A stretch of 5,421 nucleotides of DNA from Candidatus Nanopusillus sp. Its GTDB lineage: Archaea; Nanobdellota; Nanobdellia; Nanobdellales; Nanobdellaceae. Under the pieces are notes generated by a model. It saw only the letters and a program-made list of their open reading frames with translations, was not told where the DNA came from and did not search any database. Location of the stretch: NCBI GenBank assembly GCA_028275885.1, contig JAPWTW010000013.1, positions 1-5,421 on the forward strand, written 5' to 3'. The position numbers and the translations under genes were made by a program. Below are positions 5,043 through 5,421 of this stretch, in pieces (position 1 is the first letter of the stretch; every line of letters begins with the position of its first letter).

Positions 5043-5421
5043 GATCTAATCTTGCAGAAGAGACATGATATGTTAATAAAACTAGTGGAAACAGTTAGTA
5101 GTTATTTAAGATATGAGAAATCTGTTTTTGAGAGGGTAACTCAATTGAGATCCCAATTTATGAGTATACCTCCAGATGATATACAGAGAAAGATAAATTT
5201 ATCAAATCAGATTACGGGAATGTTTAGATATCTATTTGCAGTAATAGAAAATTATCCAGAGTTAAAAGCTAATCAAAATGTAATGCACTTACAACAAATA
5301 ATTGTTGAGTTAGAATCACAACTAGCAGATGCAAGACAATTTTATAATGAAGCAGTAACAATGTTAAATACAAAGATAGAACAGATACCATATAATTTTA
5401 TTGCTGGTATGGCTGGTATAA
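5043..5421 (+). pseudogene. lemA: LemA-family gene lacking its N-terminal membrane anchor (5'-truncated remnant, or shortened gene starting at ATG 5070); 3' end runs off the window
   Basis: Frame 0 is open from 5043 (stop TGA at 5040..5042) to the window end: DLILQKRHDMLIKLVETVSSYLRYEKSVFERVTQLRSQFMSIPPDDIQRKINLSNQITGMFRYLFAVIENYPELKANQNVMHLQQIIVELESQLADARQFYNEAVTMLNTKIEQIPYNFIAGMAGI. This matches remembered LemA hallmarks: QL.RR.DLIPNLVETVKGY, ENYP.LKAN.NF..LQ.EL, R..YN.AV..YN..I..FP.N..A. Full-length LemA proteins have about 50-60 further N-terminal residues, including a transmembrane helix. Only 58 nt separate this frame from the stop of the upstream gene. Confidence 0.7.

Noticed and set aside
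1-5421. Alternative genetic code or stop-codon reassignment as an explanation for the in-frame TAA codons at 1746 and 2578
   Set aside because: TAA also terminates 195..563, 664..1311, 1462..2489 and 2503..3044 at sensible positions. TGA ends the EamA gene and TAG ends the YeiH-like gene. Trp is encoded by TGG throughout. All three stops therefore appear to function as stops.
1-5421. Search by eye for CRISPR repeats, IS termini or transposase, integrase/att sites, tRNA/rRNA, toxin-antitoxin pairs or known defence-gene signatures
   Set aside because: I saw no regularly spaced repeats, no inverted terminal repeats flanking an ORF, no GC-rich tracts of about 75 nt, and no ORF with nuclease, ATPase, integrase or transposase motifs. 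The absence is by inspection only, and a proper repeat or covariance-model scan could still find something small.

Overview
Extremely AT-rich window (about three quarters A+T by eye, not computed). Most likely archaeal: five of six gene starts have a TATA-like octamer beginning 29-31 nt upstream of the ATG, and no start has a Shine-Dalgarno-like purine tract, which is the leaderless-mRNA layout of Sulfolobales-type and several other archaea. The organism cannot be named from sequence alone. Four ORFs look intact: a 122-aa four-helix membrane protein (195..563), a 215-aa HTH plus long coiled-coil protein (664..1311), a single-domain EamA/DMT transporter (3062..3493, minus) and a 467-aa YeiH/UPF0324-like polytopic membrane protein (3581..4984). 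A possible small membrane ORF runs off the left edge. The notable content is gene decay. Two adjacent genes (1462..2489 and 2503..3044) each start with a canonical twin-arginine motif (TRREFIK, SRRDFFK). Each is broken by a frame change and/or an in-frame TAA close to the signal-peptide region. The LemA-family gene at the right edge (5043..5421) lacks its N-terminal membrane anchor. I found no tRNA, rRNA, CRISPR array, IS element, integrase or recognisable defence genes, and I cannot support a claim of a new multi-gene system. The most checkable hypotheses are that the Tat export pathway was lost and its substrates decayed, or less likely that slippage-prone tracts give recoding or phase variation. 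All translations outside the supplied ORF track were done by hand. All family assignments come from remembered motifs, not from searches.
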